A stretch of 64,000 nt of DNA from Azolla caroliniana (Eukaryota > Plantae > Polypodiophyta). Positions within the stretch are counted from its first letter, which is position 1. Every line of letters starts with the position of its first letter. The position numbers were made by a program, and so were the translations under genes. Positions 1 through 14,173 of the stretch are shown here, one piece after another. The stretch spans positions 17,546,001-17,610,000 of the forward strand of contig JBHGNT010000017.1 in NCBI GenBank assembly GCA_043228905.1. Direction: 5' to 3'. Below the pieces are notes generated by a model, which made no database searches, was not told where the DNA came from, and saw only the letters and a program-made list of their open reading frames with translations.

Positions 1-1167
1 CATCAGAGATCTTGAAGAGAGTTCAATCTCATTCAGGCTAAGTGAGCCAAATGAGCGACTAAGTCGGCATGACCAGTCAGACACAGAGTCGGCGAGTAGT
101 GGAGACTAGGTCGTGCATTCCCCGCGCAAGAAGCCGAGGAGACGGTTTACGCGCAAAGAGAAGGGAAAGAAGAAGATGTCGGAGTATGGCACTGATAAAG
201 AAGAGTCGGATCGCCGCGAATCCGACTCTGAGAAGAATGAAGACGAACCTTTGGAAACGAAGTCCGCGTCGGCCAAGAGGGCCTCAAAATCGGCTAATGA
301 GCAATTACGCCAATCTACCGGCCAGAAGAACCCCGTGGTGCGGTTCGGATACAACGAGTACATGGCGCATCATTATGCGTACATGACGCGAGTGGGAGAA
401 GTGTGTGAGCCGGGGAGCTACGTAGAAGCGGCGAAGGACGCAAACTGGCATGCCGCAATGGAGGAAGAGATGCACGCATTAGTGGAAAATGAAAATTGGG
501 ACCTAGTTGATGCCCTGAAGGGTGTAAAGTCGATTGGATGCAGGTGGGTGTACAAGGTCAAGTACAACATCGACGGCTCTATCAACCACTACAAGGCCTG
601 GTTAGTGGCGAAGGGATACGCATAGCAACACGACATCTACTACGATGAGACCTTTGCGCCTATCGTGAAGATGACAACCGCCCGTGTCCTGCTTGCGATA
701 GCCGCGGTAAAGGGGTGGCATTTACATTAGATGGATCTAAAGAATGCGTTCCTGCAAGGGGAACTTGAGGAACAGGTGTACATGGTACAACCCTTTGGAT
801 TTCAGTTTGGAAAGAACACCTAGGCGGTATGCCGACTCAAGAAGTCCCTCCAGTCCCTCTACGGACTAAAACAAACCTCGCGCGCGTGGAATGCGAAGAT
901 CACGCAGTACCTTTGTCGGATGGAGTTTGCTACATCCAAATCGAACACTTCATTGTTCGTCTGGCAAGTTCATCGTGGACCGGTTAGTATCTTACATTAT
1001 GTTGATAATTCAGTCATCGCCGATGCCAACCTAGATGAAATTGGCCGCGTAAAGTCCCAGCTCGCGGCATCATTTGACGTGAAGGACCTAGGGGACCTTC
1101 ATTACTTCCTAGGGATCGAAGTGATCCGCAACCCTGAAGGCATACTAATCAGCCAACGAAATTATGT
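1..1167 (+). mobile_element. Ty1/copia element B, internal pol fragment (INT-RT linker and RT), pseudogenised
   Basis: ORFs 113-625 ([45 protein letters not shown]) and 920-1167 (HYVDN, DLGDLHYFLGIEV), with stops. Interrupted at 1168 by a gypsy LTR. Confidence 0.93.
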
Positions 1168-1787
1168 TGTCGTGTTGTTTCGCTTAAGCGTGTGAAATAA
1201 GGCGGGACCACGAGGGCCCTGAACCGAGGAGAAAGAGGGACAAGAGGAAGTGAGAAGCACGCAAGTGTAAAGCCTGCTAGACCTGTCAGCAACCGACAAA
1301 ACTTGCCCTCTGAATGAACCACCAACGCGTATACTGACTTAATCAAGAAGCACACTTCAGAGAGATGAAAGAGGAGACTCCCAGAAACACAGATAGACGA
1401 AAACAAGAGATTCCATTTCAATAACAGTGACGATTACAATGATTGCAACCCTGCAGAGAACGATGATAGAGGAGGAGAGAGCTCGGTTCCCAATCCGACA
1501 AAACCTTTTCCTTACCCAAAACGTGATATATTCCTCTTCTTCTCCCTTCCCTTATATAGGTCGCCTAGGAGGCCATTACATCAAAACATGTCCACTTTAT
1601 TCTCTGTCCCTTCGAACAGAGATACACATCGATTTTCCTAATTAACAAATATGTCACGCTTATTATATTTACATCAGTCGTCTTATTCCTAGTTATTTTC
1701 AATGTATCGATTTGCGCGCACTCGTGCATGGGCCGGTTCACGCCTTAAATTCCTTGATTCCTCTTAGGGCCGGTTTTCTTCATGACA
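1168..1787 (-). mobile_element. 3' LTR of Ty3/gypsy element G1
   Basis: TGTCGTG...CATGACA termini. The PPT GGTGGGGGTGGA lies on the minus strand at 1788-1799. Shares the AAGGCGGGACCAC block with the LTRs at 10479 and 14781. Confidence 0.88.
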
Positions 1788-1830
1788 TCCACCCCCACCA
1801 AACTGCGCATCCACCGGTATGCGCTAGACA

Positions 1831-2223
1831 CTAAAGATCTCCAGAGAAGATCGGCCCGTAATCATCCGTCAATTCTCCGAACTGGTCGTCATCGTCAGTC
1901 ACGCTTCCTGGATCCGGCTCATCCTCATGCCGCTTTTTGAACTCCTTAATCCGCTTCCCGGTTACCGGCACTGTTAACCACGTCCCGTCGAGCTCCGCAA
2001 GATGATACGTCCCGTTGTCATTCGCGCTCGTTACGAGGTAGGGCCCGAACCACCTCCTCGTGAATTTGCGTGTTGCCCTGTGCTGTTTGTCGAGGCTGTT
2101 GTCGTACACCAACACCCAGTCGCCTTCCTCGATCTTCTTTGGCTGCAGCCGGTGTGTCCGGTCGAACCGGCCTTTGTTCCTCTCCCTCGCCGTTTGCAGC
2201 TTTGTCTTTGCCCGTTCCACATC
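1831..2223 (-). pseudogene. Gypsy G1 integrase C-terminus (GPY/F region)
   Basis: ORF with KIEEGDWVLVYD..RRWFGPYLV..NGTYHLAELDG, ending just upstream of the PPT. Confidence 0.88.
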
Positions 2224-2509
2224 TGTAAAAGAATAACGTGCGGAAGCAATAGAAAAATGAACACAGAAAACGCAGGTTTAATGGAGAGTTGTGTCATTTG
2301 CTCCATCGAAATAGCTCCAGTAACCATGCCCGAGCAGGTATTGGTGCATCTTGTAGGACCAAGATGCGTAGTTGTTTTTGTCGAGTTTCTCCGTCGGTAG
2401 TGAGCTAGCCATGCCTCTATCCATCGGTTTTTTACCTGTTCTTCTTGGTTGGTTTCCTTTTCAAGCTATGTTAGTTGCAAAGGTTCTCAACCCTCGTGCT
2501 TTGATACCA

Positions 2510-2909
2510 TGTAAAAGAATAGCGTGCGGAAGCAATAGAAAACCGAACACAGAAAACGCAGGTTTAATGGAGAGCTCAGAATATACACAATACGCGGGAG
2601 AGATAGAGAGAGCACACAGAAACACTCAATTCAAAAATAATACTCAATCTGTAACACTCTGTACATCATATGTGTTTAGTGAACACTTTTATACAAGTCC
2701 ATACGGACTGACAGAAGTACGGTGTACTTCAATGCTCACACGAGCGCCTAACACTAACTACAAGACATTAACTACCTAGTAGTTTAGGCTGCTACTAGGC
2801 TTCCGGTTACTGATGGATCCAGCTAACCGGCTCCCCAGCTCACCGGCTCACCGATCCGGCTCATCCTTTCGGATGCCGATCCGGATCCGGTTGAGCTTGC
2901 CGCTCAATA
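2510..2909 (-). repeat. Copia C central (shared) LTR, 400 bp
   Basis: Near-identical to 7895-8294. Has a PBS on one side and a PPT on the other. Confidence 0.92.
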
Positions 2910-3170
2910 CTCCCCCTCAAGCTCAACTTGAGGTCGGATCGTAGTGTCAATCTCCATGGCAACCGATCCTTCCACCCGGCTCCTTTTGGTATCACTCCGC
3001 CTCGCTCGCGCTCCTCGTCCGGTCCCATCCCGTTTGCCGCGACCCTTCTGTTTCTGTGCACCTGGACCTCCTCGGTCGGCTTGTTTGCTCAACAGGCCCA
3101 ATTCTGCTCCCTCGCTGCTATGACTTCGGCTCTTGCCGATTCGCCGATTCCTTCGTGTTGGCGTCGACTT

Positions 3171-6100
3171 TCACTGCCTTGTCCTCTTGGCCTTGTATTG
3201 ATTCAGTTCTTCTGAATCCGTCTGTTGAGCCGAATCGACGTTCCAGCTCTTGTCTGAATCGGTCGCTCCCGATTCGTCTTCCAGTTCCAGGCCCTTCACC
3301 ACATCGGTCCATGTCCGGGTCTTGGGGTTCTTCTTCCGGTCGGCTCTGTCCTTCTTGACTCTACCACTACTGCAGCCTGTTCTGACTTGTTCGAATGTGT
3401 CAACTTGCTTTGTCGACTCAACTCCTTTCTTCTCATTGTCTCTCCCCTTGTCGGTTCTTCCCTCACCGGCGCAATCGACAGTCTCTTTGCCTTTGCCCGT
3501 TCTCCCCCTCAAGTGTGGCACGTCGAGATGCTGAACACCAAGCATTTTGGTGAAGTGCTGCAACTTGTCCGATCCGAGCGGTTTGGTGAAGATGTTAGCA
3601 ACTTTCCGATCCGTATGAACATATTGAAGTTCGACTTCACCGCTCAGGACACACTCACACACGAAGTGGTAGTGCACTTCTATGTGCTTTGTGCAAGCAT
3701 GGAATACGGGGTTGTTGGCGAGCTACATGTTGCTTATATTGTCGCAGTAGATCAGGATCGGGGTCGGTACCTCGATCCACAGGTCTTGCAGCAGCCGCCG
3801 AAGCCAAATGGCTTCATAGGTGGCAACGATAGCGCCTTGGTATTTAGCCTCAGTGCTCCACAGAGCCACTGTTGGCTGCTTTTTGCTGCTCCACGCAACA
3901 GCCGCGCTACCAATGGAAAACATATAGCCGGAGGTGGATCGACGATCCGATGCATCGCCGGCCCAGTCGACATCATTGTAGCTGACTAGCTCTTCGGTTA
4001 TAACATGCCGGTATAACAGTCCCTGCTCCTTTGTGCCGCTCACATATCGCAAAATTCGATGCACGCACAGAAGGTGCTCCACGGTCTGCTTCTGCATATA
4101 TTGGCTGATCACTCCGACTGGATAACTGATGTCGGGTCGGGTGATTGTCAAATATATGTGGCTTCCGACGATTTGTCGGAACCGCTTCTCATCGCAGGCC
4201 GGTCCGGAGTCAGGACAAAGCTTTTGGTTCCGGTCCGAGGGTGTAGAGATCGGTCAGCATTCCGTCATGCCGAACTTGTACAACATATTCAACACATAGT
4301 GTCTTTGTGAGAGCAATATGCTGTCGGGGGTTTGGATCACCTCGATCCCAAGGAAATAGTGAAGGTCCCCCAGGTCCTTCATCTCAAATGCATCCGACAG
4401 TTGAGACTTGACTCGGCTGATTTGATCGAGTCCGGGTCCGGTGATGACTAGATCATCAACATATAGTAAGATGCAAACCGGACCATCCGAACCTTGCCGG
4501 ATGAACAACAAAGACTCGGACTTGGAGGCCACAAACCCCATCTTACGCAATTGGTGCGTGATCTTCGCAAGTCCAAACTCGGGGGGCCTTCTTCAGGCCA
4601 TAAAGTGACTTCTTTAGCCGGCATACCGCTGACTTTTTCATCTCCGACTGGAAACTGGGGGGTTAGGTCATAAAGACCTCTTCTTCAAGATCGCCATGAA
4701 GAAATGCATTCTTCACGTCCATTTGGTGAAGATGCCACCCCCTTGCCGCAGCAACCGCCAGCACCACACGAACCGTCGTCATCTTCGCTACCATAGCAAA
4801 GGTCTCGTCGTAGTCGATTCCGTGGGTCTGCGCGTATCCCTTCGCCACTAACCGGGTCTTGTACCGGTTAACCGAACCGTCAGCATTGTACTTTAACCTG
4901 TACACCCACTTACATCCGATTGGTTTACAGTGTCAGGGAGGGTCAACTAGGTCCCATGTGTCGTTGGCATCAACTGCCCGCATTTCTTCCTCCATAGCGG
5001 CACGCCAATTTGCGTCCTTCACCGCTTCTGCGTAGCTCTCTGGCTCACGCACATCCGCCACCTTGGTCATGTACGCATAGTGATGCGCCATGTACTCATT
5101 GTACCTGTACCGCATCACGGGGTTCTTCTGGCGGGAAGACCGGCGTAACTTATCGTTACCCAGTTTGCGGCCCTTCTTGGCTGGTTCGGACTTCGTTCCC
5201 GAAGATCTGCCTTCTTCCTTACCGGAGTCGAATTCGTTCCGATCGGACTCAACGTTGCCGGTTTCGTATCTTGGGATCTTCTTCTTCCCCTTCTCTTTGC
5301 GCGTGAACCGTCTCCTCGGTTCCTTGCGCGGGGAGAGCACGACAGGGTTTCCACTACTCGACGGTTACTCATCCGAGTGGTCATCCCGACTCAGCTGCTT
5401 ATTCGGTCCACTTAATCGAAATGAGATCAGACTCTCTTCTAGAGTGTCGAGGTCTTCATCTTCTATCTGGACCGGTTCAGGATCACTAGCCTCATCCTCC
5501 GGTATCGGGTCGGGGTTGGAAGTCGGAGCCGGTAAGGCATACCATGATGTCCTCTCATCAAACTCAACATCCCGGCTAACTCGTTCCTGCTTCGTTCGGG
5601 GGTTATAACACTTATACCCCTTTTGCTCATGCGAGTAACCGACCAGTATGCATTTCTCCGACTTTGCATCCAACTTCCTCCGCTTCTCATTTGGCCCATG
5701 CACATATGCAATACTACCGAATATCCGAAGGTGTCGCAAATTCGGCTTGCACTCGAAATATAGCTCATGCGAGGACACCTTGTCACCGATCCGGTTTTGG
5801 ATATAGACGGCCGTCCGGACCGCCTCCGCCCAGTAGAAATGGGGCATGCTCTTCTCCTCCAGCATTTCCCTTGCTGCGTCGACAATCGACCGGTTCTTCC
5901 TTTCGGCCACACCGTTCTGTTCCAGTGTGTATCTGTAGCTAAACTCTCGCCGAATTCCTTTTTGTTGCAGATAACTATTGAATTGGCCGGAAAAATATTC
6001 TTTTCCGCCATCCGACCACAGACACTTGATCTTCCTCTCCATTTCCCGTTCAACCAGGCTTTGCAAGTTCTAGAAACACTCGAAGACTTCGCTCTTCCGA

Positions 6101-7810
6101 TCAATGAGGTAGATCCACGTGTGCTGGTTATAGTCGTCGATGAAGGAGACCAAATACCAACTCCCACCAAGACTAACGTTTTGTGCCGGTCCCCATACAT
6201 CCGAATGAATAAGGTCGAGCTTGTTACGGCTACGGTTTCGTTCGATGGGGAATGGAAGCCGGTGTTGCTTCCCGAGTTGGCAAGTTTCACATATTTGGAC
6301 CTTCCGGCCGCTAAATTTCGGCAACCGAAAACAACTTGTTTCGTTTCCAGGTCTTGAAGCCTCCGATAATGGACGTGGCCGATCTGCTTATGCCACAGGT
6401 CGATGTCCGATTCGACCTTCTGCCCTTTCGCAAACATAACGGTACCAACGTCATTGGTGTTGAGGATGAACATCCTCCCTTCTCTGCGCCCTTGCGCAAT
6501 AATCTGGCCCTCTTCTTCGATGAAACACCCAAGGTGCGTAAACCGCACCTGCATCCCTGATCAACAATCTGACCGACTAACACCAGGTTCTTCATGATGG
6601 TCGATACGTGTAATACGTTCATCAGCTTCCCCCTCTGTCCGACGTGGCTCAAAGGGACTTCTCTGACATGCACGATTGGGTGAGGAGTGTCGTCTCCGGT
6701 TTCGATGACTCCCGGTTGTTCCGGTTTCTCTAAGAAGGAGAACCATTCTTTGTGGCTCGTCATGTGGTTTGACGCACCGAAATCAACGTACCACACTTCC
6801 TCCGATTTGGAAGTGGTCTTCTTCATCGAGTTAGACTCGTGTTTCATCACCAAGGTCGGCCCTTTACCGGCTTTTCCGGTTTTGGATCCTCCCGATCCTT
6901 TTGCGTAGTGCGAGTATTGTCAGTTCTCTCTACCGACCTTGCCGGATCCGGATCTGTCCGAATTGGCGCACTTCTTCCAACACTCGCTTTCTTTGTGGCC
7001 CTTTTTACCACAATACCAACATTCCGTGTCGGCCTTTGCTTGCCGGCATCCGGCGCCGTCTTGACTCCCCCTGTTTGTGGTGGGTCCAGAACTGCTGTCG
7101 GCACGTTCTCTGTGCCTTTGGTCTTGTTCTTGCCGGCTGCTACCATGGCAAGCCAACCCACCTCGTCCACCACGCCCACGGGGCCGATCCGCCTCCATGT
7201 ACAACATCCGGCTGTTGGTGGGTGCACTTGTTGACACACCAGCGTGGTTCTCCTCCACAAGGACCATCGACTGTAAGTCAAAAAATGACGGTGTATTCTC
7301 CTGTGTACACACAACAGTTTAGAACGCTCCGAACTTCGACGCTAGTCCCCCGAGATAGATCTGCACCATCAGACCTTCCTCGACGTTCACATCGATGGAG
7401 GCTGAGGAGTCACATATATCTTTGATCTTCGAGGTGTAATCAGCCATCGACAAGTCGCGTTGTCGTAGGTTGCTCAGCTCTTGTCGGAGTTGAAGCTTCC
7501 TGATTGTAGTGCTTGCGGCGAAAATCTTCTTCAAATTTCCCCAAGCATCTTTCAACGTTTTTGCATCCCGAATGTAGCTTAGGAGTTGTTCGCCTACACA
7601 AGACGCGAAGCAGTACAGTACTCTACTCGCCGACTGTTCCCACACCGGGAAGTCTCTGTGTGTCGATTCGGGTGCTGTGTCATTTGCTCCGTTGACATAG
7701 CTCTAGTAACCATGCTTGAGTAGGTAATGGTGCATCTTGTAGGACCAAGATGCATAGTTGTTTCTGTCGAGTTTCTCCGTCGGCAGTGAGCTAGCCATGC
7801 CTCTATCCAC
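3171..7810 (-). pseudogene. Copia C gag-pol (gag, zinc knuckle, protease, GAG-pre-integrase, INT, RT, RNase H), disrupted
   Basis: Motifs [69 protein letters not shown] and YCDNIS are spread over frameshifted ORFs. Confidence 0.93.
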
Positions 7811-7894
7811 CAGTTTTTACCTATTCTTCTTGGTTGGTTTCCTTTTCAAGCTATGTCAGTTGCAGAGGTTCTCAGCCCTCATGCTCTGATACCA

Positions 7895-8294
7895 TGTAAA
7901 AGAATAGCGTGCGGAAGCAATAGAAAACTGAACACAGAAAACGCAGGTTTAATGGAGAGCTCAAAATATACACAATACGCGGGAGAGACAGAGAGAGCAC
8001 ACAGAAACACTCAATTCAAAAATAATACTCAATCTGTAACACTCTGTACATCATATGTGTTTAGTGAACACTTTTATACAAGTCCAAACGGACTGACAGA
8101 AGTACGGTGTACTTCAATGCTCACACGAGCGTCTAACACTAACTATAAGACATTAACTACCTAGTAGTCTAGGCTGCTAGTAGGCTTCCGGTTACTGATG
8201 GATCCGGCTAACCGGCTCCCCAGCTCACCGGCTCACCGATCCGGCTCATCCTTCGGGATGCCGATCCGGATCCGGTTGAGCTTGTCGCTCAACA
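7895..8294 (-). repeat. Copia C 5' LTR, 400 bp
   Basis: TGTAAAAG...CTCAACA, with the adjacent PBS TGGTATCAGAGC on the minus strand. Confidence 0.92.
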
Positions 8295-8418
8295 ACGTCC
8301 TCCGGTCTTCACTCGAGCTGCTGAATCCGTGCTGCCAAAAGCTCTTCCCGGCTCATCTCGTTCCTCCAATCTATCACCACCCACCAGGAAATCATTCATT
8401 CCATCAGCATAATCGGTT
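8295..8418 (-). pseudogene. Continuation of gypsy G1 integrase
   Basis: Reads ..EMSREELLAARIQQLE*RPED and joins across the TSD to ERAKTKLQ at 2220. Confidence 0.8.
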
Positions 8419-8461
8419 CGGATACCGTCTGAATCCGACCTGACTTGAGCTTGAGGGGGCA

Positions 8462-8836
8462 TGTTGAGAATCAAGCTCAACTTGGTCTAGTGTGTGAACT
8501 AACCTTGAGAGTGAATAGACACTCCAACGGTCAAGAGTCACCATTATGTCACCACTTTGTATTCTAACATTTAGTATGAGATTCTATGACACATAACTTA
8601 TGAGCTTTCACATTCCCTATGCTCCATGAGTCTTGTAGTTAATGAAGAGAGAGGGTGACTATATAAAGCACCCTCCTCCCACCTTGTATAATGTTGAGTA
8701 TTTCTCCTTTGTTAATATACTTTACCTTGCGTATTCTCTGTGTTTTACTCCTTGTCTCTCACACACACTCTCTCTCATACACACAGAGAGTTCATATCTA
8801 TTCTGCTGCACAGAATCAATCTCTTGATTCTTTACA
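8462..8836 (+). mobile_element. Copia 3' LTR with upstream PPT, probably belonging to element B
   Basis: TTGAGGGGGCA followed by TGTTGAGA...TTTACA. TATAAA at ~8662. Confidence 0.82.
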
Positions 8837-11800
8837 CATTTCATGAAGCCGCAGGATGTTAACATGGCTGAACCGCTTGTGCCATAGGTCGATGTCCGAC
8901 TCGAGCTTCTGTCCTTTTGCAAACAACGTGGTTTGGACTTCATTAGTGTTGTGGATGAGCATCCTCCCTTCCCGGTGCCCTTGTGCAATGAATTTCCCTT
9001 CTTGTTCGATGTAGCAACCCAGATGCCTGAATCGAACTTGCCTTCCCTGGTCAAAGATCTGTCCGACCGACACTAGTTTCTTCGTTATTGTCGGGACATG
9101 TAGCACGTTCATGACTTTCCCTTTCTATTGAATGTGGCTAAGAGGAACTTCATCGACATGTTCGATGGTATGCGGAGTGTCGTCTCCAGTTTCGACCACT
9201 CCTTGTTTTTCCGGTTTCTCCAAGTACGAGAACCATTCCTCGTGACTCATCATATGATTTGACGCTCTGGAGTCAACATACCACACCTCGTTCGGTTCCG
9301 AGGTGTTCACTGCCTTCGAATTGGCCTTGTGGTTCATTACGAAGGCTGGGCCCGATCCATTTTCGGCTCGTTTGAAGCGCTCGGTGTAGTGCGATCGCTG
9401 TCGATTTCCTTGTTCGGTCGGCTTGGATCTAGATGCAGTTTTCTCCGAATCAGCGCGTTTATTCCAGCACTTGCTCTCCATGTGACCTTTCTGCTACAAT
9501 ACCAACATTCTGCGACAGAATTTCCTTGCCGATTTCCGATGGTGCCTTGACTCCCCCTACTTCCGAGGGTCCGGAACTACTGTTGGTATTACGACCATGC
9601 CTTCCATCTTGCTCCTATCAGCTGCCTCCATTGCACGCCGACTCGCACCCGTTCGCCACGACCACAGGGCCAATCTTCCTCCGTGTACAACATCTTGCTT
9701 TCGGCGTGCGTACTCATTGACGCACCCGCGTGGTTCTCCTCTACTAGGAGCATCGATTGTAAGTGACAACACAATGGCGTATTCTCTCTCGTACAAATAG
9801 CAGTTTGGAATGCCCTAAACTTCGACACTAACCCTCCGAGGCAAACCTGCACCATTTTGTCTTCCTCGACGTATACATCGACGAAGGCAAGAGAGTTGCA
9901 GATGTCCTTGATCTTGGAGGTGTAATCAGCCACCGACATATCTTTTTGTCGAACATTGCTCTACTCTTGCCTGAGTTGGAGCTTTCTTACTGTGGTGCTC
10001 GCGGCAAAAATGTTTTTCAGATTTCCCCAAGCATGCTTCGGCGTCTTCGCATCCCGAATGTAGCTCAGAATCTGATCGGTCACACAAGATGCGAAGCAGT
10101 AGAGAACTCTGCTTGCCACCTGTTTCCAGACCGGGAAATCTCTGTGTGTCAATTTGGGTGCTACGTCATTAGCTCCATCAACATAACTCCAATAGCCATG
10201 CTTGAGCAGGTACTGGTGCATCTTGTACGACCAAGATGTGTGGTTGCTTCTGTCGAGCTTCTCTATTGGAAGCGAGCTAGCTATTCCTCTGTCCATTCTT
10301 TCCTTCTTCTGTTCTTCACCGTGGTTAGGGTTTGTCTGTTTGTCGGTAGTGGAGGATCTCAACCCTCGTGCTCTAATACCATGTAAAAGAATACGTGCGG
10401 AAGCTTAACAAACACAACTGGGTAACAACAGAGAGAAAAAACAAAGAGGTTTAATGGAAAGCTTAAGCAACATAGCGTTGTCGCGTTGTTACGCGCGTGT
10501 GTGTAGAAAGGCGGGACCACAGGGGTCCTGGACTAGGGAGTGACGGAGCGCAGGAAGTCGTGCATCACCCTTTTCCGGGGGACCCCAAGAGCACACCGGA
10601 AGCAACCGAACGAGAGAGAGAGAGAGAGGGAGAGAGAGAGGGAGCGCTTGACACCGACTCACGCACACACACACACACACACACGCCGACCCGACTCACG
10701 CCCTTATGTGCAGGAACGCAGAAAAGGGGAAGCACACAACACCAACAGAGACACGAATATACACAGACAGACGCAAATGTATGTATTACAAGGGTAAGAA
10801 TACAACCCCGGCTTCGAGCCGGACCAAGCTAGGGTAGGTTACAACAGCAATTTGCAACCAAGCCGTCGTCCGAGGAGCTCTTGGGCTCGTCACGCAGAGC
10901 GGGGTCTTGCACAAGAGACCGAGCAGAAACAACCCTCCACAGTCCACCCACACCGCGAAGAAGAGGAAGAAGAAGTATAAGAACTAACCCTAAATCTAAC
11001 GGTATACCCTCTAACACAAAATGGGCAACCCTTTTACAAGGGACCATCCCTTCCTTTTATAGAACAAGGAGAGGGATGCGTTACAATGTGGGATAAATCT
11101 TGATTTACATGGGATTCTTCGCCCTGACTTAACTCCTATTATTCACACAATTACACGAGGGTGAGTGCACATTGTGCACCCCGCCGATGTAGCCAATATA
11201 TCCCGGTGTCCGCCTCTGGACGAAATTCTTCACGACATCCACCCCCACCTAACCGCACGTTCACCGGTACGTGCCAAATCCGGGGAAGGGTGAGAGATTT
11301 TAGCCGGTGAGAAACCAGTCTTCCGTAACCCGCATCCCGACTCGCTGCTGGTTTGATCCGTCGGCTTCGGTTCTTCCTTCGCGCTTACCTCCCCGTAGGC
11401 TCGTTCGACCCGTCGATGAGTCCTTCGTCGCGATCTCTGTAGTACGCGTACTTTCGCTGGCCCTTGTTCGGCCGCATGCACGCCCCGGTTTCCGCCGTAT
11501 GCCCGATGTCCTCTGCTTGAGGAACACCCGTAGTGGCCCACTTGGCCTTCGTCGACCATTCGTGTTGTCCTGTTTGCTGTCCCATGTTGTTTCGCGTTGC
11601 CTTCGTCCTCTCGCCGCCACCTTCCTTTTCCATGGTCTTACGTCGCCACGTTGGCTCGAACCGCCATGGTCTCCGGAACGGTGTGGAGGATCCTTCTGTG
11701 GCCTTCTACGCACTACCTCCGAACCGCGCAACCCATCTTCGCGCTCGCCATTCCGCTCCAACACCACCGTGTGCCGCATACCCTCGTCCGTTGTTTGGCA

Positions 11801-14173
11801 CTGCCTGTGTCGTACTCCGGTTCATTGCATGCCTTGTCGGCCCCTTTCCCGGCGAGATCCTGCATCGCCGCTCACCCGCATACCGGTGTCCTCCGCATCC
11901 GAGGAACACCCCATAGTAGCCCGCTTGGCCCTTCCCGTCTTCGTGCTAATGCAACAGGTCCTGAGTCTTCCGCTTGCCGTCGTCCCCTCGCCCCCACCAA
12001 CTTGTCACCCCGGGCTTGCCGTGTTAGTCTTCGCTACTTCGATGGAGCTACCAAGATCTACGAAGCGAGTGTGGAGGATCCTCCCCCGGCCTCTCTTGCC
12101 ATCCCCTGACTTCGACCCTGTGTAGTCCACTAGGCACCCGTCACCTTGTTCCCGACACCTCCCTTGTGCCATCTTCCGCTTCCTTTGTTCGGCACCGCCC
12201 GTGCCGAACACCGTCCCGTAGTCACGCTTCGATCCAGCCCACGATGGCCACTTGCGAGACTCTTGTTCCGTCCCAGGTGTGCCTTTTCGGCCAGACACAC
12301 CTCCCCGGGTTTGCCCTACCTGCTCCTTCCGCTACCGTAACCGGCCGGTAAGGGCTCCGCACTTCGTCCGTCCTGTCTTACCGACCTTTGTTGATGCTGG
12401 GTCCCGTTCCTTGCCACCACCTTCCTTCTCCCTCGGTCTTACGTTGCCACGTTGGACGAACAACCGGGACCTTGGTTTGCCCGCCCTTGTCCCCCCCGCC
12501 GCCACTGTCAGTATCTTGGTCTTACGCCGACCGCGCTGCCGACCGCCGAAGTCTCTAGATCCGGTGTGAAGGATCCTCCTTGGGCTCCTCGTATCTTTGA
12601 CCCTTATCCCGGGTCTTCCTTCTTTCGCAAGTCGAGAGGGTGGCTTGCTCCACACCCTCTCCTGTGGTACAGACGTACCATGTTCCCGGCCTCTTCGTAG
12701 GCCTGCTCTCTTCCTCCCTCCCGGAATGGGTTTCCGGAAGTCCGCTCCGCCCGGTTCTCGTCCGGGTCCGTCCGTCATTCTTTGGATTGTCGGGTTTCGT
12801 TCTCCTGTTGCCACCGATCTCTCCTATAGGAGTCACGCTGGCTCTCGGGCCGACCGTCGGGTCGATGTAAGGAACTCCATAGGACCGGCTTTCATTATCT
12901 TGTACTTCTCCCGAACTCGTCGTCGCTCTCCTTGCTGCGATCCCGCCTCCATCTTCCATCTCTTTTGGTCTTACGTTGCCCCATCGGCCGAACAGCCGTA
13001 GTCTCCGGATAGGATGTGGCGTAACCGATTTCGCAATGTCTTTCGGCAACTCGTTCGGGCCACCGCCCCTTTTAGTGGTGTTGGTGGATAGCATCCGCTC
13101 TGTGATCAATCAAGCCCCGCCTGAGCTTGATTCTCCAATGTCCGGAGTTTCGGCTCCGATGCCGACCTTGCCAGACTCGTTCCGAACCTCTGATCACCCT
13201 CCCTCCATTCCCGACCTTCGCCCGGTTGGTCTTTCTCCCCATGTAAAAGAGGGCGGCTCGTCCCGCACCCTCTCCCGTATCGGCACCTTTATGCCGAATC
13301 CGGCCTAGATCGAACAATCCACGACTGGATTACGCTCCACCCGTATCGGGTTGCGTGGTTCGGTCCCCGGTCGGGCCGTTCCTTGGTCTCTTCGTCGCCC
13401 TTTTTGCTGGCCATCTCCCATCCATCTTCGCTGGCATCGTGCCAGGACTCCTCAGTACCGCCATCCATCTCCTCGGTCTTACATGGGCATACAGGCCCGA
13501 GTGCCGAGTTCTCCGGAATCGGGTCCGGGGGCTTTTGTGTGCTCTTTCCCCGTATCGTCTCGCTGGTGATTCTTGGTCTCTCGCCGCCGCCTTCCTCCTC
13601 TTGGGACTCACGTGGGCACTCGGGCCCAACTACCATCATCTCGGGAGCAAGTGTGGGGAGACACAAAGAATCGCCCGTCCGTTTTACGCCCTTGTCTGTA
13701 GCCACTGGCTCTTCGTGGTCGGCGGTCGTCTCCTTACCGATCGCGCAAGCCCCGTCTGGGCTTGCTTCTCCAATGATCGGGGTTTCGGACTGACACGCCC
13801 GACACCGCTGGTTCCAATGTTCCGATCCCGCGATCGGTATCTCGGCCTCGTCCTTGGACGTTCTATCTCCGCAAGTCGAGAGGGCGTTTTGTTCCGCACC
13901 CTCTCCCATGGTACCGTGGTACCGACCTTCCGCCATCGCGCGGGGCAAGTCCGTCTCCTCAGTCTGGGCTTGCGGCCTCAATCTTTCCTCTTCCTCGAGC
14001 ATCACCTCGAGAGCTGCGTACGCCTCCACAATTCTAGCCCCAACGCTGACCCTTGCCGACTCTCTTTGCCGTTCGGCCTCTTCCCGCTGTGATGGCACGC
14101 TGTCGCGCCCCTTCCTCTTAGCCTTCTCGGCTCGCTCATTGTCTAGCCGTTGGCACACCCTTCCGACCTTCGA

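Larger units (their letters stand above)
2224..8294 (-). mobile_element. Ty1/copia element C, tandem LTR-internal-LTR-internal-LTR array with the left unit mostly deleted
   Basis: LTRs at 2224-2288 (truncated), 2510-2909 and 7895-8294. tRNA-iMet PBS at ~2498-2509 and 7883-7894; PPT at 2910-2920. TSD ACATC/ACGTC flanks the whole array. Confidence 0.9.
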
